Both the position numbers and the translations under genes were made by a program. From Octopus vulgaris (lineage: Eukaryota), in assembly GCA_951406725.2 (NCBI GenBank), contig OX597825.1, positions 20,956,001 through 21,020,000 on the forward strand: a stretch of 64,000 bases of DNA, read 5' to 3'. This document shows, one piece after another, positions 1 through 53,924 of the stretch. Every line of letters starts with the position of its first letter. Positions within the stretch are counted from its first letter, which is position 1. Below the pieces are notes generated by a model that ran no database searches, had not been told where the DNA came from, and was given only the letters and a program-made list of their open reading frames with translations.

Positions 1-15
1 AAAAAAAAAACAAAC

Positions 16-39567
<39,552 letters not shown>

Positions 39568-39790
39568 TCTTTCCGGCTTGTGTTGTGATGTTTAGCAAGG
39601 GTTTTTTCCTGTTTTTTTTTTTTTAAATGCAATTGTTTGAAAATGGACTTTTTGATGTGGGATGATGAAAGAGAGCGATACCACTGTCGTTTAAGCAGGA
39701 GCACAAATTAAGGGGGGAAGATGATTAAAGGGCCAATATATATTCAATCAAGACTATTCTTGTACGCATGTACCTCCGTACATACTTAAG

Positions 39791-39826
<36 letters not shown>

Positions 39827-39871
39827 TGTGTATTTAGCTATGGATATACAAATACATATACATATACATAC

Positions 39872-39904
<33 letters not shown>

Positions 39905-39934
39905 AACTAAAATCTGGCGGGTGAATAGTGTTGA

Positions 39935-40210
39935 TTTCCTTCAGTTGTGCCCTACGTCATCATAACGTGCGCAAACGTCATTTGTTGGGGGAGAAATTTC
40001 GCTGTTTTTCTTCGGTTTTGTTGAAAGCAAGACAGGCACTCTGGTTTTTAGGTGATGTTTAGATGTAAGTCCTCCCCAAATTATTGTTCCGCCTCCCGAT
40101 GACCCTGCCCGATCCCAACGTGGAACCGCACCGTTTTCGTTTCGTTTAGGATGATTTGTTTCACTTACGTGTTTGTGTGATGTTGTTAACGCGCATTTAT
40201 TTTGGAAGCT
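39935..40210. promoter_or_regulatory. probable promoter region upstream of MRG15
   Basis: Non-repetitive CpG-rich island about 400-600 bp upstream of the ATG, with two CRE half-sites (ACGTCA at ~39954 and ~39975) and an Inr-like TCAGTT at 39941. Confidence 0.45.
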
Positions 40211-40623
40211 GGCTCTCTCTCTCTCTCGCTTATTAAGGGTGTCTGAGAGACACCACCATGCCGAAATAGCAGTCAAATCCCTGACTCTAAAAACCACCTT
40301 AAATGTTCATATCGCACCATGAGATAAGACAGAGGGACAAAATAGATTAACGAAATATATATATTTGTGTGTATGTATATATATGCGTATATATGTATAT
40401 ATATAATGTTTTTAAGACAAAGTAAATAAAACACAAAATAAGGATCGACTAGTCACGACTAGCTAGATGGGCAAGTACGCGAGTGCGCGGACCGGGACCA
40501 CTCTTTTTAAATAGTACTGTATATATATGTGTGTGTGTGTGTGCATATATATATGTATGTATATGTATGTTGTACATATGGTGTGTGTGTGTGTGTGCAT
40601 ATACGTTGTATATATAATATATA

Positions 40624-41040
40624 GGATCTTTCGGTTTGAACGGCAGTTTTTTCTAGCAGTATCATATGAAATTGTCACTCATAATTATGACCCTAGTATC
40701 GATCTATTGCATTTCAATCTGTTTTAGGATTAGGGGTGGGGGGAATGGTATCTTTTTTCTTCGGAAATGTAAATAAACCCAATCTGTTTCTTAAACGAGG
40801 GACATATTCAAACAGCAAAGAATGTTTTTGTTTTTTACCTCAATAGACGTCACTGATTGGTTGAAATTACAGAAATTGAAGAAAAAAAACCCCAAATATC
40901 TTACAAACTATAGAATTTTTTCAATAAAGCCAAGAGAAAAAGATGTTTTATAAACACTTTCTACCAGTATACGAAATTCAAAAGTGTTTAGTTACGTGGA
41001 AATTATTTTTAAAAAACTGCCGTTCAAACTGAAAAGATCC
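40624..41040 (+). mobile_element. GGATC-TIR MITE-like element, unit-length copy
   Basis: ~30-bp TIRs GGATCTTTCGGTTTGAACGGCAGTTTTT / AAAAAACTGCCGTTCAAACTGAAAAGATCC; fragments at 34235-34324 and 36890-36919. Confidence 0.8.
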
Positions 41041-43259
41041 CTAGTCTGAAATAAGTATTTAAAAATTCAGGGAAAATAAGAATTATATTTATAAACACAG
41101 CATCTTTTTTTATCCACAAAACCAAATGTCAAAGATTGGATTAATAAAAGATACTAAGTTGTTCCCCTTAGAATATATATTTATTAGGAAACTCTTACTG
41201 CATCGGTTCTCTCTATCAGAAGTCCAAGAATCTCCAGAAATCTGGGCACACAGTGCAATACTGTTCATACCCTGTACCCTGCACTGAATAAACAAACCCT
41301 TTTGTTTTTGAAGTTGGTTAATTTGCATACAGTGTGTTAATCTGTACCGGTATTTGTTGAATAAAATGGTTCCTATTTTTTTCTTCCTTCAAAGGTGGCG
41401 AGTTGGCAGAAACGTTAGCGTGCCGGGCGAAATGCCTATTCCTATTACGTCTGCCCTTACGTTCTGAGTTCAAATTCCGCCGAGGTCGACTTTGCCTTTC
41501 ATCCTTTCGTGGTCGACAAATAAAGTACCAGTTACGCACTTCGGTCGATGTAATCGACTTAATCCCTTTGTCTGTCCTTGTTTGTCCCCTCTATGTTTAG
41601 CCCCTTGTGGGCAATAAAGAAATATATTTTTCTTCTTTCAGTTTTCATCCTAAAAACAGTATACTGTACACCTGGAATAGTATGATATAGTTTATGAATT
41701 TTTAATAGATTAACAAACTTTAAATAAACGGTGATTTAGAAGTGCATTTATTTAAATCTGCTAAACACAATTTTGCTCTTTACTTTTCATACTGTATTAG
41801 ATATTTCATATAGGGGTGGCTCTATGGTAAAAAGCTTGCTTCCCAACCACATGGTTCCAGGTTCAGTCCCTCTGCATGGCACCTTGGGCAAGTGTCTTCT
41901 TCTATAGCCACGGGCTGACCAAAGCCTTGTTAGTGGATTTGGTAGACGGAAATTGGAAGAAGCGTATCTATTTCTTTACTACCCACAAGAGGCTAAATAC
42001 AGAAGGGACAAACAAGGACAGACACACGGATTAAGTCGATTATATCGACCCCAGTGCGTAACTGGTACTTATTTAATCGACCCTGAAAAGATGAAAGGCA
42101 AAGTCGACCTCGGCAGAATTTGAACTCAGAACGTAACGACAGACGAAATACTGCTAAGCATTTCGCCCGGCGTGCTAACGGTTCTGCCAAAGCGTATCGT
42201 ATATGTGTGTGTGTGTCTGTGTTTGTCCCCCCACCATCGCTTGACAACCGATGTTGGTGTGTTTACGTTCCCATAAACAGCGGTTCGGCAAACGAGACCG
42301 ATAGAATAAGTACTAGGCTTACAAAGAATAAGTCCTGGGGCTGATTTCTTCGACTAAAAAAAAAAACCCTTTAAGACGGTGCTCCAGCATGGCCGCAGTC
42401 AAATGACTATAATAAATAAAAAGAATATATATTTTTCCAATGTCTCTAGAAAACCAGAACATCCGAAGCTCCGGGACATTTCCTGTCCCCATTTCTCCTG
42501 CTTGATTAAATTCGTGATTAAATTATTTGTTGTTTAGAAGGATGTGTAAGAAATCAATATTATTCTCGGCAATCCTTCGGTATTAGTATTTGGAAGCACT
42601 CCGTCGGTTACGACGACGAGGGTTCCGGTTGATCCGAATCAACGGAACAGCCTGCTCGTGAAATTAACGTGTAAGTGGCTGAGCACTCCACAGACACGTG
42701 TACCCTTAACGTAGTTCTCGGGGATATTCAGCGTGACACAGAGAGTGACAAGGCCGGCCCTTTGAAATACAGGTACAACAGAAACAGGAAGTAAGAGTGA
42801 GAGAAAGTTGTGGTGAAAGAGTACAGCAGGGATCACCACCATCCCCTACCGGAGCCTCGTGGAGCTTTAGGTGTTTTCGCTCAATAAACACTCATAACAC
42901 CCGGTCTGGGAATCGAAATCGCGATCCTACGACCGCGAGTCCGCTGCCCTAACCACTGGGCCATTGCACCTCCACGGTATTAGTATATCACGTCGTTCAA
43001 CCACACAACGTTCTCTCATGACATAAATGAAGAGGTTAGGTTATTTTACACTATATTTTCGAAGTATCATAATTTGAGATATTTAAAATATAAATCTCAG
43101 AAAATTTTCGAAAGAAAATAAATACTAAAAACTGGGTTTATTTTTTGGGCTGTATCATAATCTCACAATGCTTAAAAACATACATTTTCAAAGGAATTAC
43201 AAGTTTTGGAGTAATAAAGAATTTCCGACTCTATTCGTTAGGAACGCCATGTATATGTA

Positions 43260-43899
43260 CGCTCGCGCACACACATATACAGACATAAGTATGTGTGTGT
43301 ATATATATATGTATATATATGTATATATGTCTTTGTCCCCCCCTCTCTCTCTTTCTCTCTCTCTATATATATTTTAATGCCATTGTTAATTATATATATA
43401 TATATATCTTTGGCGAATGCCCTATCTTTATGCATGTCTGTATGTATGTCTGTATATATGTATGTATGTATGTATGTATCTATGTATGTATGTATGTGTG
43501 TATGTATGTATGTGTGTATGTATGTGTGTATGTATGTAAGATGTATGTATGCATGTGTGTGTATGTATGTATGTGTGTATGTATGTATGTTTGTGTATGT
43601 ATGTAAGATGTATGTATGTATGTGTATGTATGTATGTATGTTTGTGTGTATGTATGTATATGTGTATGTACGTATGTATGTATGTATGTGTGTATGTATG
43701 TATGTATATGTGTATGTATATATGTATGTATGTATCTATTTATCTATCTATATGTAGTATATACACATTTTGATTTTTCTCTCTTTCTATATATGTATTT
43801 ATGTGTGTGTATATATACATACATATATATATCTTTGGCGAATGCTATATCTTTATATATGTCTGTATGTATGTATGTATGTATCTATCTATTTATCTG

Positions 43900-43964
<65 letters not shown>

Positions 43965-44270
43965 TTACCTATCTACCTATCTATCTATCTATCTTTTAAT
44001 CGGATTTATCTGTCTATCTATCTATATGTAGTATATACACATTTAGTACATACACATTAGTATATACACATTTTGATTTTTCTCTCTTTCTATATATGCA
44101 TTTATGTGTGTGTGTGATGTGTGTATACATATATATATTTGTGTGTGTATGTGTGTGTATATATAAATATATATATATATATATATTCATGTATACATAC
44201 ATATATATGTGTGTATATATATGTATTTATATGTGTGTGTGTGAGTATGTGTGTACGTGCGTGCGTGCGT
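43260..44270. repeat. (TATG)n/(TATC)n/(TA)n microsatellite complex
   Basis: Read directly; includes a duplicated atctttggcgaatgc...tacacattttgattt frame. Confidence 0.95.
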
Positions 44271-45316
44271 GAGACTCTTTCGATGTATAATGGCGAAAAA
44301 CGTGACGACTAAAAAAAAGTGAAAGTTTGTTTTTATTATAAAAAAGATCCAAAGTTCTAAGAAAAATAAATTTCAGATCTAAATTTTCACCCACCAAAAA
44401 TAAAAGTAAAAGTGGTTATTGTGTAATAATAATAATAAAAGTAATTCTCGTCACAACGAGACACCATCGCAACGAGACTTGGACCGATTCGTGTTACGTT
44501 ATTAACGCCACAGAACGTGTTTCGTTATTCCAGTCTCAAACTTTTATCTCAACCTCTTATTCATTCGACTTTCACTTTATCTAGAAGAGCCTCCTTATAT
44601 ATATATATATTTATTTTATTATCTCTCTAGAGGATTTCTGAATATTTTTTCCTTGCTTTTTTTTTTTACACTTACCCCTTTCCCTATATTTTTTTTGTGT
44701 TAAAATTAATTAATTAATTAATTAATAATTAATAATAATAATAATAATAATTATACTAATACTATCCAGTAACAATTAACAACAACAATCTATATTCATT
44801 TATTTATCTATCTATCTATTTATTTATATATCCATCTATCTATGAATATATAATATATATAATCAATATATATGCATATATTTACATATATGTGAAATAT
44901 AAATACACCAGTGACACGTGCTTGTCTTGGCTAATTGAAAGAGACAAAGAAATACATCAACAAACTTGGCAGAACATTGGATTTGTACTGATTTTTATAT
45001 GACAACATTAATACAAATGCTATTAGAATAACAAAGGATATAAAGGTGCCCCAGCATCACAGATACAGATACATTCTTAGTTGGTTTAGATTTAGACATT
45101 GAAGTTTTTTCTGAAGCCTTTGTCTTGTCTTTTTGAGGGCCGAGGGTGATTTGAGTTAGTGGAGTTTGTTAATCCTAAGGGAGCTCCTTTATTTAAATTT
45201 TAAATTTGCTGAAGTTGAAATTTTGAAACGTAAAGATCATCGACAACAACTGGGATTTTTTTTACAACAAAAAACAGAGCAAAGCAAAGATAAAAACCCC
45301 ACAGAGGAAAAAGGCA

Positions 45317-45553
45317 ATGGAACAGGTGAACAATAGCGACTGGACATCGGAGAAGGAAGATATCCTAAGGAATGACTACCCATTACACTATGCTTGCAGA
45401 GAAGGTGATGTCGATCGTTTGAGGCGACTCTTAGATGAGTATACGGCAACAATGACTGCTCCGATAAATCTTGCTCTTTCTAATTCCATCATGCTGAAAG
45501 AGGATTGTTTTTATGGCTGGACACCAGCTCACTGGGCCGCATATTTCGGCAAG
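45317..45553 (+). CDS. ANKRD10: ankyrin repeat domain-containing protein 10-like, first coding exon; later exons not found in the window
   Basis: YPLHYACREGD...EDCFYGWTPAHWAAYFGK matches the ANKRD10 N-terminus as I recall it (FPLHRACRDGD...EDSFYGWTPVHWAAHFGK); AAG|gtatat donor after 79 codons. Confidence 0.88.
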
Positions 45554-46562
45554 GTATATGTTTGTTTCTCTCTCTCTGTCTTTCTTTCTCCAATGTATGG
45601 TCACTTTTTTCTCTTATTATTCTTGTTGCTATTTAACCCCCAGGTCAACTCAGTTTCAGAAAAAAAACTGTTATCAAAGGCATTGCAAGCAGCTAACAGC
45701 ATCTATTTCATCTATTTCTTTGCATGCATGTCGAATGTAGTCTTAGATAAACTGTGGTATGTCAATTTTCAGGCATACCTAGCCACTATAACTAGTAGTT
45801 TTTAGCGCCTAAACATAGATTACCTTGGCGCTTAATACAACTAATACATAAAACTAATACCATTTCATTGTAAGGGCCTCAAATAAATTCATTTTAGGGG
45901 AATCCAGTTAACTTCTTGTGACAAAATAGTGAAATGTTATGCAACCAAAACCAAACCAAACCAAACCTTTCAACCATTCCCAAACAGGGCGCAGTAAACA
46001 CACAACAAATAATTAATTGTTCTTTAAATTAATTTAAATAATTATCCTCTTTGGTATAATATAATAATTAATAATGGTAGTCTTATACAAGTATTCCTTA
46101 ATTTATGAATATCGATACTTTTTTATTGTTGGGGGTTATATATAGTAATTTTATAAGAATTGCTACAATTATTTAATGATGTCAGTTTAAAGGAAAGTGC
46201 GCTGTTTATTTTCTGTAGCATCTTTCATTTTCGTTTGTAAATGTTTTAGGCGAATTTCAATTTCATTCTAGGAAGATATATGTATGAATTTGCTGTGCGT
46301 TTTTTGTTAACCGTTTCTGTGCATTTATGAAAGTACTAAATCACCTCCACATTAAACTATAAAGTCTTCATAAAATTGATGATGATACACCAGCAAAAAG
46401 GAAATATATTTATTGATGCAGCGAATTTGGCAGAATGGTTAAGCACGTAAATCATAATACTTTAGTGGTATTCTGGTTTTTGCGTTTGTGAGTTCAAATT
46501 CCACCGTGGGCAAACTTTGCCTTTCACCCTTTCGGGGGGGTCGATTAAAAAAAAAAAATAGG

Positions 46563-46704
46563 GGTAAATTTTCAGATTAACAGCATATTGGAATTTGCGT
46601 GTCGGAGGTCAGAGTACTTGACCCTACGCATCATATTGGAAGGTCAGGGTACTTGATTCCGAGCTTTTTATTTTGTGAAAATCCTGTTAATCTGGAAATT
46701 TACC
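46563..46704. mobile_element. small MITE inserted in a SINE
   Basis: GGTAAATTTTCAGATTAACAG / CTGTTAATCTGGAAATTTACC TIRs. Confidence 0.65.
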
Positions 46705-47931
46705 AAAAATAACAGGTACTGGGTCCAATGTAATCTACTTCCTCTTCCTTCAAAAATTGCTGACTCTGCCAAAATTCTAAACCATTTTTATTGTTATTAA
46801 GGTAGCGAGCTGGCAGAGTCGTTAGCACACCAGGGCAAAATGCTTAGCAGTAGTATTTCGCCCGTCGCTTCGTTCTGCGTTCAAATTCCGCTGAGGTCGA
46901 CTTTACCTGCCTTTCATCCTTTGGGTGTTCTATGAATGAAGTACCAGTGAAAAACTGGGGATAGGTTGGGGTCAATATAATCGACTAGTCTCCTACCCCT
47001 TATGCTTTTGGTATAAAGGATTATTAAGAGGATGAGCTGGCAAAATCGTTCACGCTTAGCGGCATTTGTTCCCTCTCCTTACGTTCTGAGTTCGAGATGC
47101 AGCGTAAGTCGACTTCCCCTTTCATCCTTTTGTTGTCAAGAAAAGAAGTACCAGTCCATGTTATTGGCTAGCACCCCCGGCCCGGTTATATTAGACTAGA
47201 TTTTTACAGCCAAATATCACCAAACCTTACTGTATATATATATATATATACATACACACAAAATGGGACAAGAATGCAAAACATCCAGACAGGTGATATA
47301 CAGACGTGTGTGTGTCTATTTCTCTCATATGTGTATATACACATACACACACATATGTATGTATACACATATGTGAGTATATATGTACACACACATGTGT
47401 ACAGATTTGTTGTATTAAGAAAAAAGATCTAGTAAGGATTTGGATATTTTAGTGCTTTTATCCCTCGTAGGGGTTCAACATGAATGATTTTTTTAATAGA
47501 GAATTCATACCCTTCATATGTATGTGAGTTGGAAACAAAAATCTGGAGTTGAATTTGTTTTCGTGTTTTGGAAAGAGGATGTTTTGTGGGGTGGCTATCT
47601 GAGATTTTTTATTGTCATTTCGAATGTGTGTGTATGTACATGTGTTGTGTGTTTGTAAACAAAGAAAAAGAAATGAAGTGTTTTTCTAAAATTAAATAAT
47701 AAGGGTAGAAATTGATATTAATCAATTAAAAGCAGTGGCTTAGCATATTTAAAAAATCCGAAAATTAAAAATTGTATTACATACAAAATTTAGAGGAATG
47801 ACCACCAAAGTGGACACCCTATATGCTAAACATAGACGACAAATCGTCATTAATGATTTATGATTAATGACGATTTGACGTCTATGTTTAGCATGTAGAG
47901 TGTCCTCTTTAGTGGTCATTCCTCTAAATTT

Positions 47932-47962
<31 letters not shown>

Positions 47963-49983
47963 TTTATATAAAGGTATGAATTTTGTACAAGAAATCCTAA
48001 AAGGAACAAAAGTGCTAAATAGTTTTTATCCAAAGGAAGTTATAGAGCAAAGTCTTGAAGGCTGATCTCAAGACACTGAGCCTTACGAAGGAGATGACCA
48101 AGGACCAAGATATCTGGTGCCTAGCTGTACTCATGAGGACTTGTCCACCACGATAAAATTGATACTGGTGCCACATAAAAAGCACCCAGTACATTCTGTA
48201 AAGTGGCTGGCGTTTGGAAGGGCATTCAACTGTAGAAACCAGGTCAAATTGAACTGGAACCTGGTGCAGCTTGTGGTCAAACCGTCCAGCTCATGCCAGC
48301 ATGGGAAACAGACGTTAAAAGATGATGGTGATAATGTCCCTTAACTCACAAACACAATCATATGTCAACTACTCAATGTTTAAGACGTTCATGTTACAAG
48401 CACCCAGCACTCCCTGTGAAGCAGTTGGCGTTAGGAAGGGTATCCGGTCATAGAAACAAAGCTAAATCAGACAGGAACCTGGTGCAGCTCTTTAGCTTGC
48501 AAGCCCTGGTCAAACTATGCAACCTATGCCAGCATGGAAAAACAGATATTAAAGGGATGAAATGGGGTGGGATTAAGCAGCAGCAGATGTAGTTGGGGAG
48601 AGAGTACACCCCGGAGCAAATGGCATATTCAGTTGTGCCCTGTGGACATAACTGCAATGGCCATCGTCCCTTGCTGTAGCAGTAGCAAGGATAATTGTTT
48701 AGCTTTATCATTAGTTTGTACATGAGTTTCATCACATGATGAACTAATAGCAAATGTATCCCCAAATCTTTAAGACAACCAACAGAACTGTCGACAACAG
48801 CATACACAAACTTTTGGGTCACATTTATGAAGATTCAGAAATTTGACCCTTTTTATACCAATCAGTCTGAGATTGTCCACAGTTACATGACAGAATCTTC
48901 TAGTTTTATACCCTTTAGCATCTGTGTGGTCGTTACCTTTGAGCATGGTTGTTGCTTTTGAGTGTGGTCATTGCCAGTGCCCCCGGACTGGCTTCCATGC
49001 AGGTAGCACATGGAGTGGTAGGCTTTAGGAAGGGCATCCAGCTGTAGAAACTTTGCCAGATCAGTTTGAGCCTGGTGCAGCCTTTGGTTCACCAGTCCTC
49101 AGTCAAACAGTCTGACCCATGCCAGCGTGGAAAGCAGATGTTAAACGAGGATGATGATGATGTTATTCAATCAAATATAGCGCTTATCTATTTGCAATGT
49201 TTTTTACTCATACATTATCTTGTAGCTTTGAGATTTCAATCATTTATCATTTACTTGTTTTAGCCATTTGACAGTGCTGGGGCACTGTTTTGAAGGGTTT
49301 TAGTTGAACAAATTGATTCCTGGTACTTGTTATATCTCTCTTTTGCTGAACTGCTGATTAACAAGGATGTAAACAAACAAACACTGGTTCTCAGGCAGTG
49401 GTGGTGGGACTCACACACATATATAGATATATACATCATCATCATCAATTAATGTCCACCTTTCTTGCTGGCCTGGCTTGGACATTTTGACTTAAATCTG
49501 GGAAGCAGTGGGGCTGCACCAAGTTCCAGTCTGATTTGGCAGGATTTCCACGGCTGGTTACCCTTCCTAATGCCAACCACTCTGAGAGTATAGTGGGTGT
49601 TTTTACATGCTATCGGCCACAACTGCAGTCTCCCTTGGCTTTACAGGTCTGTATAAGCACAGTATGTTGCCAAAGGTCTTGGGCACCTATAACTACCTCC
49701 ATGGGGCCCAACACTCAAACAGTGCTCATTTACGTGCCACCAGCATGGGTGCCAGTCAGATGGCACTGGCATCTGCGACGACTGTGATTTCACTCAGTTC
49801 GACAAGTCTTCACAAGCACAACATATTGCCCAAATTTTTGAAGGGTGCTTTTAATACTTCAATCATTGGGCGATATGCTGTGCTTGTGAAGACCCATTGA
49901 ACCAAGTGAAATCGTAGTCATGGCTGTTGTAACACACACACACATACACACATATATATATATATATGATGATGATGACATAC

Positions 49984-50053
<70 letters not shown>

Positions 50054-50221
50054 CATGTTGGCATTAGAAGGGCATCCAGCTGTAGAAACATTGCCAGATA
50101 AGACTGGAGCCTGGTGCAGCCTTCTGGCTTCCCAGATCCCCAGTCAAACCGTCCAACCCATGCTAGCATGGAGAACGGACGTTAAACGATGATGATACAC
50201 ATATATGATGAGGATGATGAC

Positions 50222-50333
<112 letters not shown>

Positions 50334-50573
50334 GTATATATGATGATATATGTGACAGGCTTCTTTCAGTTTCCGTCTACCTGATCTACTTACAAGGCTA
50401 TGGTCGGCTTGATACTATAGTAGAAGACACCTGCCCAAAGTGCCATGCAGTGGGACTGAACCTGGAACCATGTGTTTGGGAAGCAAGCTTCTTACTACGC
50501 CTGCACCTATATTTCAATGTTTATTTTTAGAATGGCATTGTAGGGTAGGTGCAAGAGACCAGATCTGCTTAGT

Positions 50574-50996
50574 TTGAACTTAAAACAGATACTCTACGGA
50601 GAGCTTGCTAGGGGCACTAGGTCTGTGGAAAGACCGTTCTTACGATACAGGGATGTTTGCAAAAGGAACATGAAGGCCTGCAGCATTAATATTAGCAACT
50701 GGGAAGCAGTTGCCAGCAACCCTGGAGATTGGCGACGTACCGTAAAAGAGGGAACACGATGGAGTGACAGAGAGAGAGAGAGAGAGGAGAAATAGAAAGA
50801 AAAGAAAAGACGTCAACAAGAAACTATAACATTACAATCAGACAGGCAAAGTCTTCGCTACAGCACTTGCCAGAGGGAGTGTTTGTCCTGGATAGGACTA
50901 CACAGCAGGAGATGTATTAGGACATGAAATGTAAAAGCCAGACTAGATTATTCTATGCGCAACTCCATTGTCTCTCGAGACAAAAAGGATGCCAAC
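50574..50996 (+). mobile_element. RTE-BovB-like LINE 3' fragment
   Basis: LKQILYGELARGTRSVERPFLRYRDVCKRNMKACSINISNWEAVASNPGDWR followed by a decayed Cys/His motif. Confidence 0.85.
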
Positions 50997-52865
50997 AAAG
51001 CAGATAGAATATTTGGGACACATATGGCTGGTTTATTGTTAAATGGTTAAAGTGAACTGAAAACTGCCATTGAAATTACATGTTAATTGAAGTTTCAAAT
51101 ACCATCATTATAATGACAAAGATATTGCACTAAATTTTCATTATTTTCAAAATCAATTGAAACAAAGGCATTGTATGTCAACAGAAATATAACAAAAGAA
51201 TTAAAAATCTACACATGGTTATCAACTGTTTTGTCGGCTGTGTGGTAAGTAGCTTGCTTACCAACCAAACGGTTCCGGATTCAGTCCCACTGCGTGGCAC
51301 CTTGGGCAAGTGTCTTCTGCTATAGCCTCGGGCCCACCAAAGCTTTGTGAGTGGATTTGGTAGACGGAAACTGAAAGCAGCCCGTCGTATATATGTATAC
51401 ATATATTTATATATATATATATATATATATATTGGACTTAATCCCCTTTGTTTAGCCCCTTGTGGGTAGTAAAGAAATATATATATATATATATATAAAA
51501 TGTAAATGTTCCCCTTTTAAAGTCTAGTCAGGCTCAAGGGCCCAGTTTCTCAGTTTCAATGGCGTATGTGTTCCCCAGCTGGACGGGATGCCAGTCCATC
51601 ACAGCGTTACTCATTTTGGCCAGCTGAGTGGACTGGAGCAACGTGAAATGAAGTGTTTTGCTCAAGAATGCAACGCGTCGCCCGGTTCAGGAATTGAAAC
51701 CACAATCTTACAATCATGGTGCTGACACCCTAACCGCTAAGCCACGCACCTCCACACACACACACACACACACACACGTATATATATATATACGTTTATG
51801 TCTTTGTCCCCTCCCCCCAACATCGCTTGACAACCGATGCTGGTGTGTTTACGTCCCCATAACTTAGCGGTTCGGCAAAAGAGACCGATAGAATAAGTAC
51901 TAGGCTCACAAAGAATAAGTCCTGGCGGGGGGTGAGGGGTGGGGCGATTTGCTCGACTAAAGGCGGTGCTCCAGCATGACCACAGTCATGACTGAAACAA
52001 GTAAAAGTGAAAAAGAAAAGCAAAAGTGAATTACTTAAATGCTTTAGAATCTCATGGCTTCTGTCACACTGAATTCTGTTAAAATAGGGGCCACCATCAT
52101 TATACGATAGAATCTTAGCTATGAAACGGCAGTCAATGGGTGGTTATAAGTTAATGTCATACATTATTGAGGTTCCTCTTCTCATTGGTTGTTCCTTCTG
52201 AGAAGAGACCTTGACATCTCTTCATCACCATCTCTTTTCCCAACTGCGGTTCTTATGTATTTTCTGTATAGCAAGACAACAATGTCTGTCCCTGCATCAT
52301 GCTTTAACCCATTCTTTTTTCCGAGCCACTGGCCCCTTGGCATCCAGGCCACACTCCTAGTGCTCTCCCACGCCACCACTCCACCGAATGCATGCCACTT
52401 CCTGAAGTAGATTCCAAACAACTGTTTCTCACAGCTAAAACTTAACCTAATCAACCCATTATTTTGTTGTCTTTACATCCATCACCCCAATTTGGCCACC
52501 ACTTTATTGCCTCCACTTCATTTGCCCTCTCCAAAGCAGAGAACCACTGCCCTCTTTGGAAACCATTCGTTGCTTTGACCCCCTCATCACCTAGTTCAAA
52601 GTTATCTCCCTCATTACTGCACTTTCCTATCTTGAAAGTTACATGATGACCTCACTGGTGCCAGTGCCCATTTAAAAAGCACCTGGTACACTCTATAAAG
52701 TGGCTGGCATTAGAAAGGGTATACAGTCATAGGAACCATACCAAAGCAGACTTGGCACAATCCTCTGGTTCACCAGTTCCTGTTGAACTGTCCAACCCAT
52801 GCCAGTATAGAAAATGGACACTAAATGACGATGAATATCAGCGATATGTCTGACTCAGAAAAGCC

Positions 52866-53259
52866 CTTTATATCGCCTGGCATTGCTCGGGTTTGTTTCG
52901 ACCCTTTAGGATTGGAATTTTTGAAAAGTAAAAATTTTGCATTATGTAGCTTGTTATTCTCTTTAACTGAACATTTCTCTGGTTGAAATACACGGTAAAT
53001 GGCGACACAGCAATAAAAGAAATCGTAAAAAATAGGGATTTTCATAGAAAAAAAAAGCACCTTTTTGATGTAAATAATTTTGGGTGTTAACATGGTTCGA
53101 TTTGAATTTTTTCTTCTACGGAAGGAAGAGCAAGCCTTCTTCTATCATACTCTCAATTTTGGTCAACTTGCGCCACAGGGTCTCAGAGGAGATAGTGTTA
53201 GTTGAAGGCTACCAAACCCGCCATACACAGACAACTTCAGCTTTATATATACAGAGAGA
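52866..53259 (-). mobile_element. non-autonomous Helitron (3' CTAG lost)
   Basis: Minus strand starts TCTCTCTGTATATATAAAG and ends CCCGAGCAATGCCAGGCGATA, like 19399-19705. Confidence 0.65.
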
Positions 53260-53890
53260 TTTGCAGTCTCAGAAACATATCAAACTCTATCTGTTGCTGG
53301 GCTGCAGCTAGAACAACTTTGCTTCCCTTATGGTCATCTTTAATGGTAAGTGTACAAGAGTTGGAAGTCCATGTAAATCAACTTTTAGTTGTAAGGAAGT
53401 TCTAGATTTCACTGAATAATAAATGATAGGGAAGAAGTGACATGGTGCCCCCAAAATGTAAAGCCTCTAAATACTACCTGTATTTGTTACATAGTGAAGC
53501 AAAACTGTCATTAGTTCTGCCCTAGTAACAACAAATAGCCAGTGAGTAAGCCTCTACGTAGCATCACAACTTGCTAAAAATAGCAGCTAAATCTCCTTCA
53601 AAATGCAGTCTATTACCTTATGCACATGCATACACACATGTAGGCACCATCACGGCTGTGTGGTATGGTTCAGAAGTTCATTTCCAACCATGTGGTTTTA
53701 GGTTCAGTCTCACTGCATGGCACCTTGGATAAGTGTCTTCATGGTAGATGGAAACTGAAAGAAGTCCTTTGTGTGTGTGTGTATCCTCCTGGGGATAGCC
53801 AAGTATTTCCTCTATAATAAAACAGCTATCACTGGCCCTCTATCATGCTCCAACATCTTGCCTGGCACACGGGCCACTTTTCTCAGTTCT

Positions 53891-53924
<34 letters not shown>

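Noticed and set aside
43293-44312. Long Y/I/C/V/M-rich ORFs (also at 3076, 27175, 56671 and 63036-63746)
   Set aside because: Translations of microsatellites.
45554-45805. Continuation of the 162-aa ORF past FGK
   Set aside because: Intron read-through: there is a donor at 45554 and ankyrin similarity is lost.
52182-52646. Short ORFs in a pyrimidine-rich block as ANKRD10 exon 2
   Set aside because: No ankyrin motif recognised; probably a decayed repeat.
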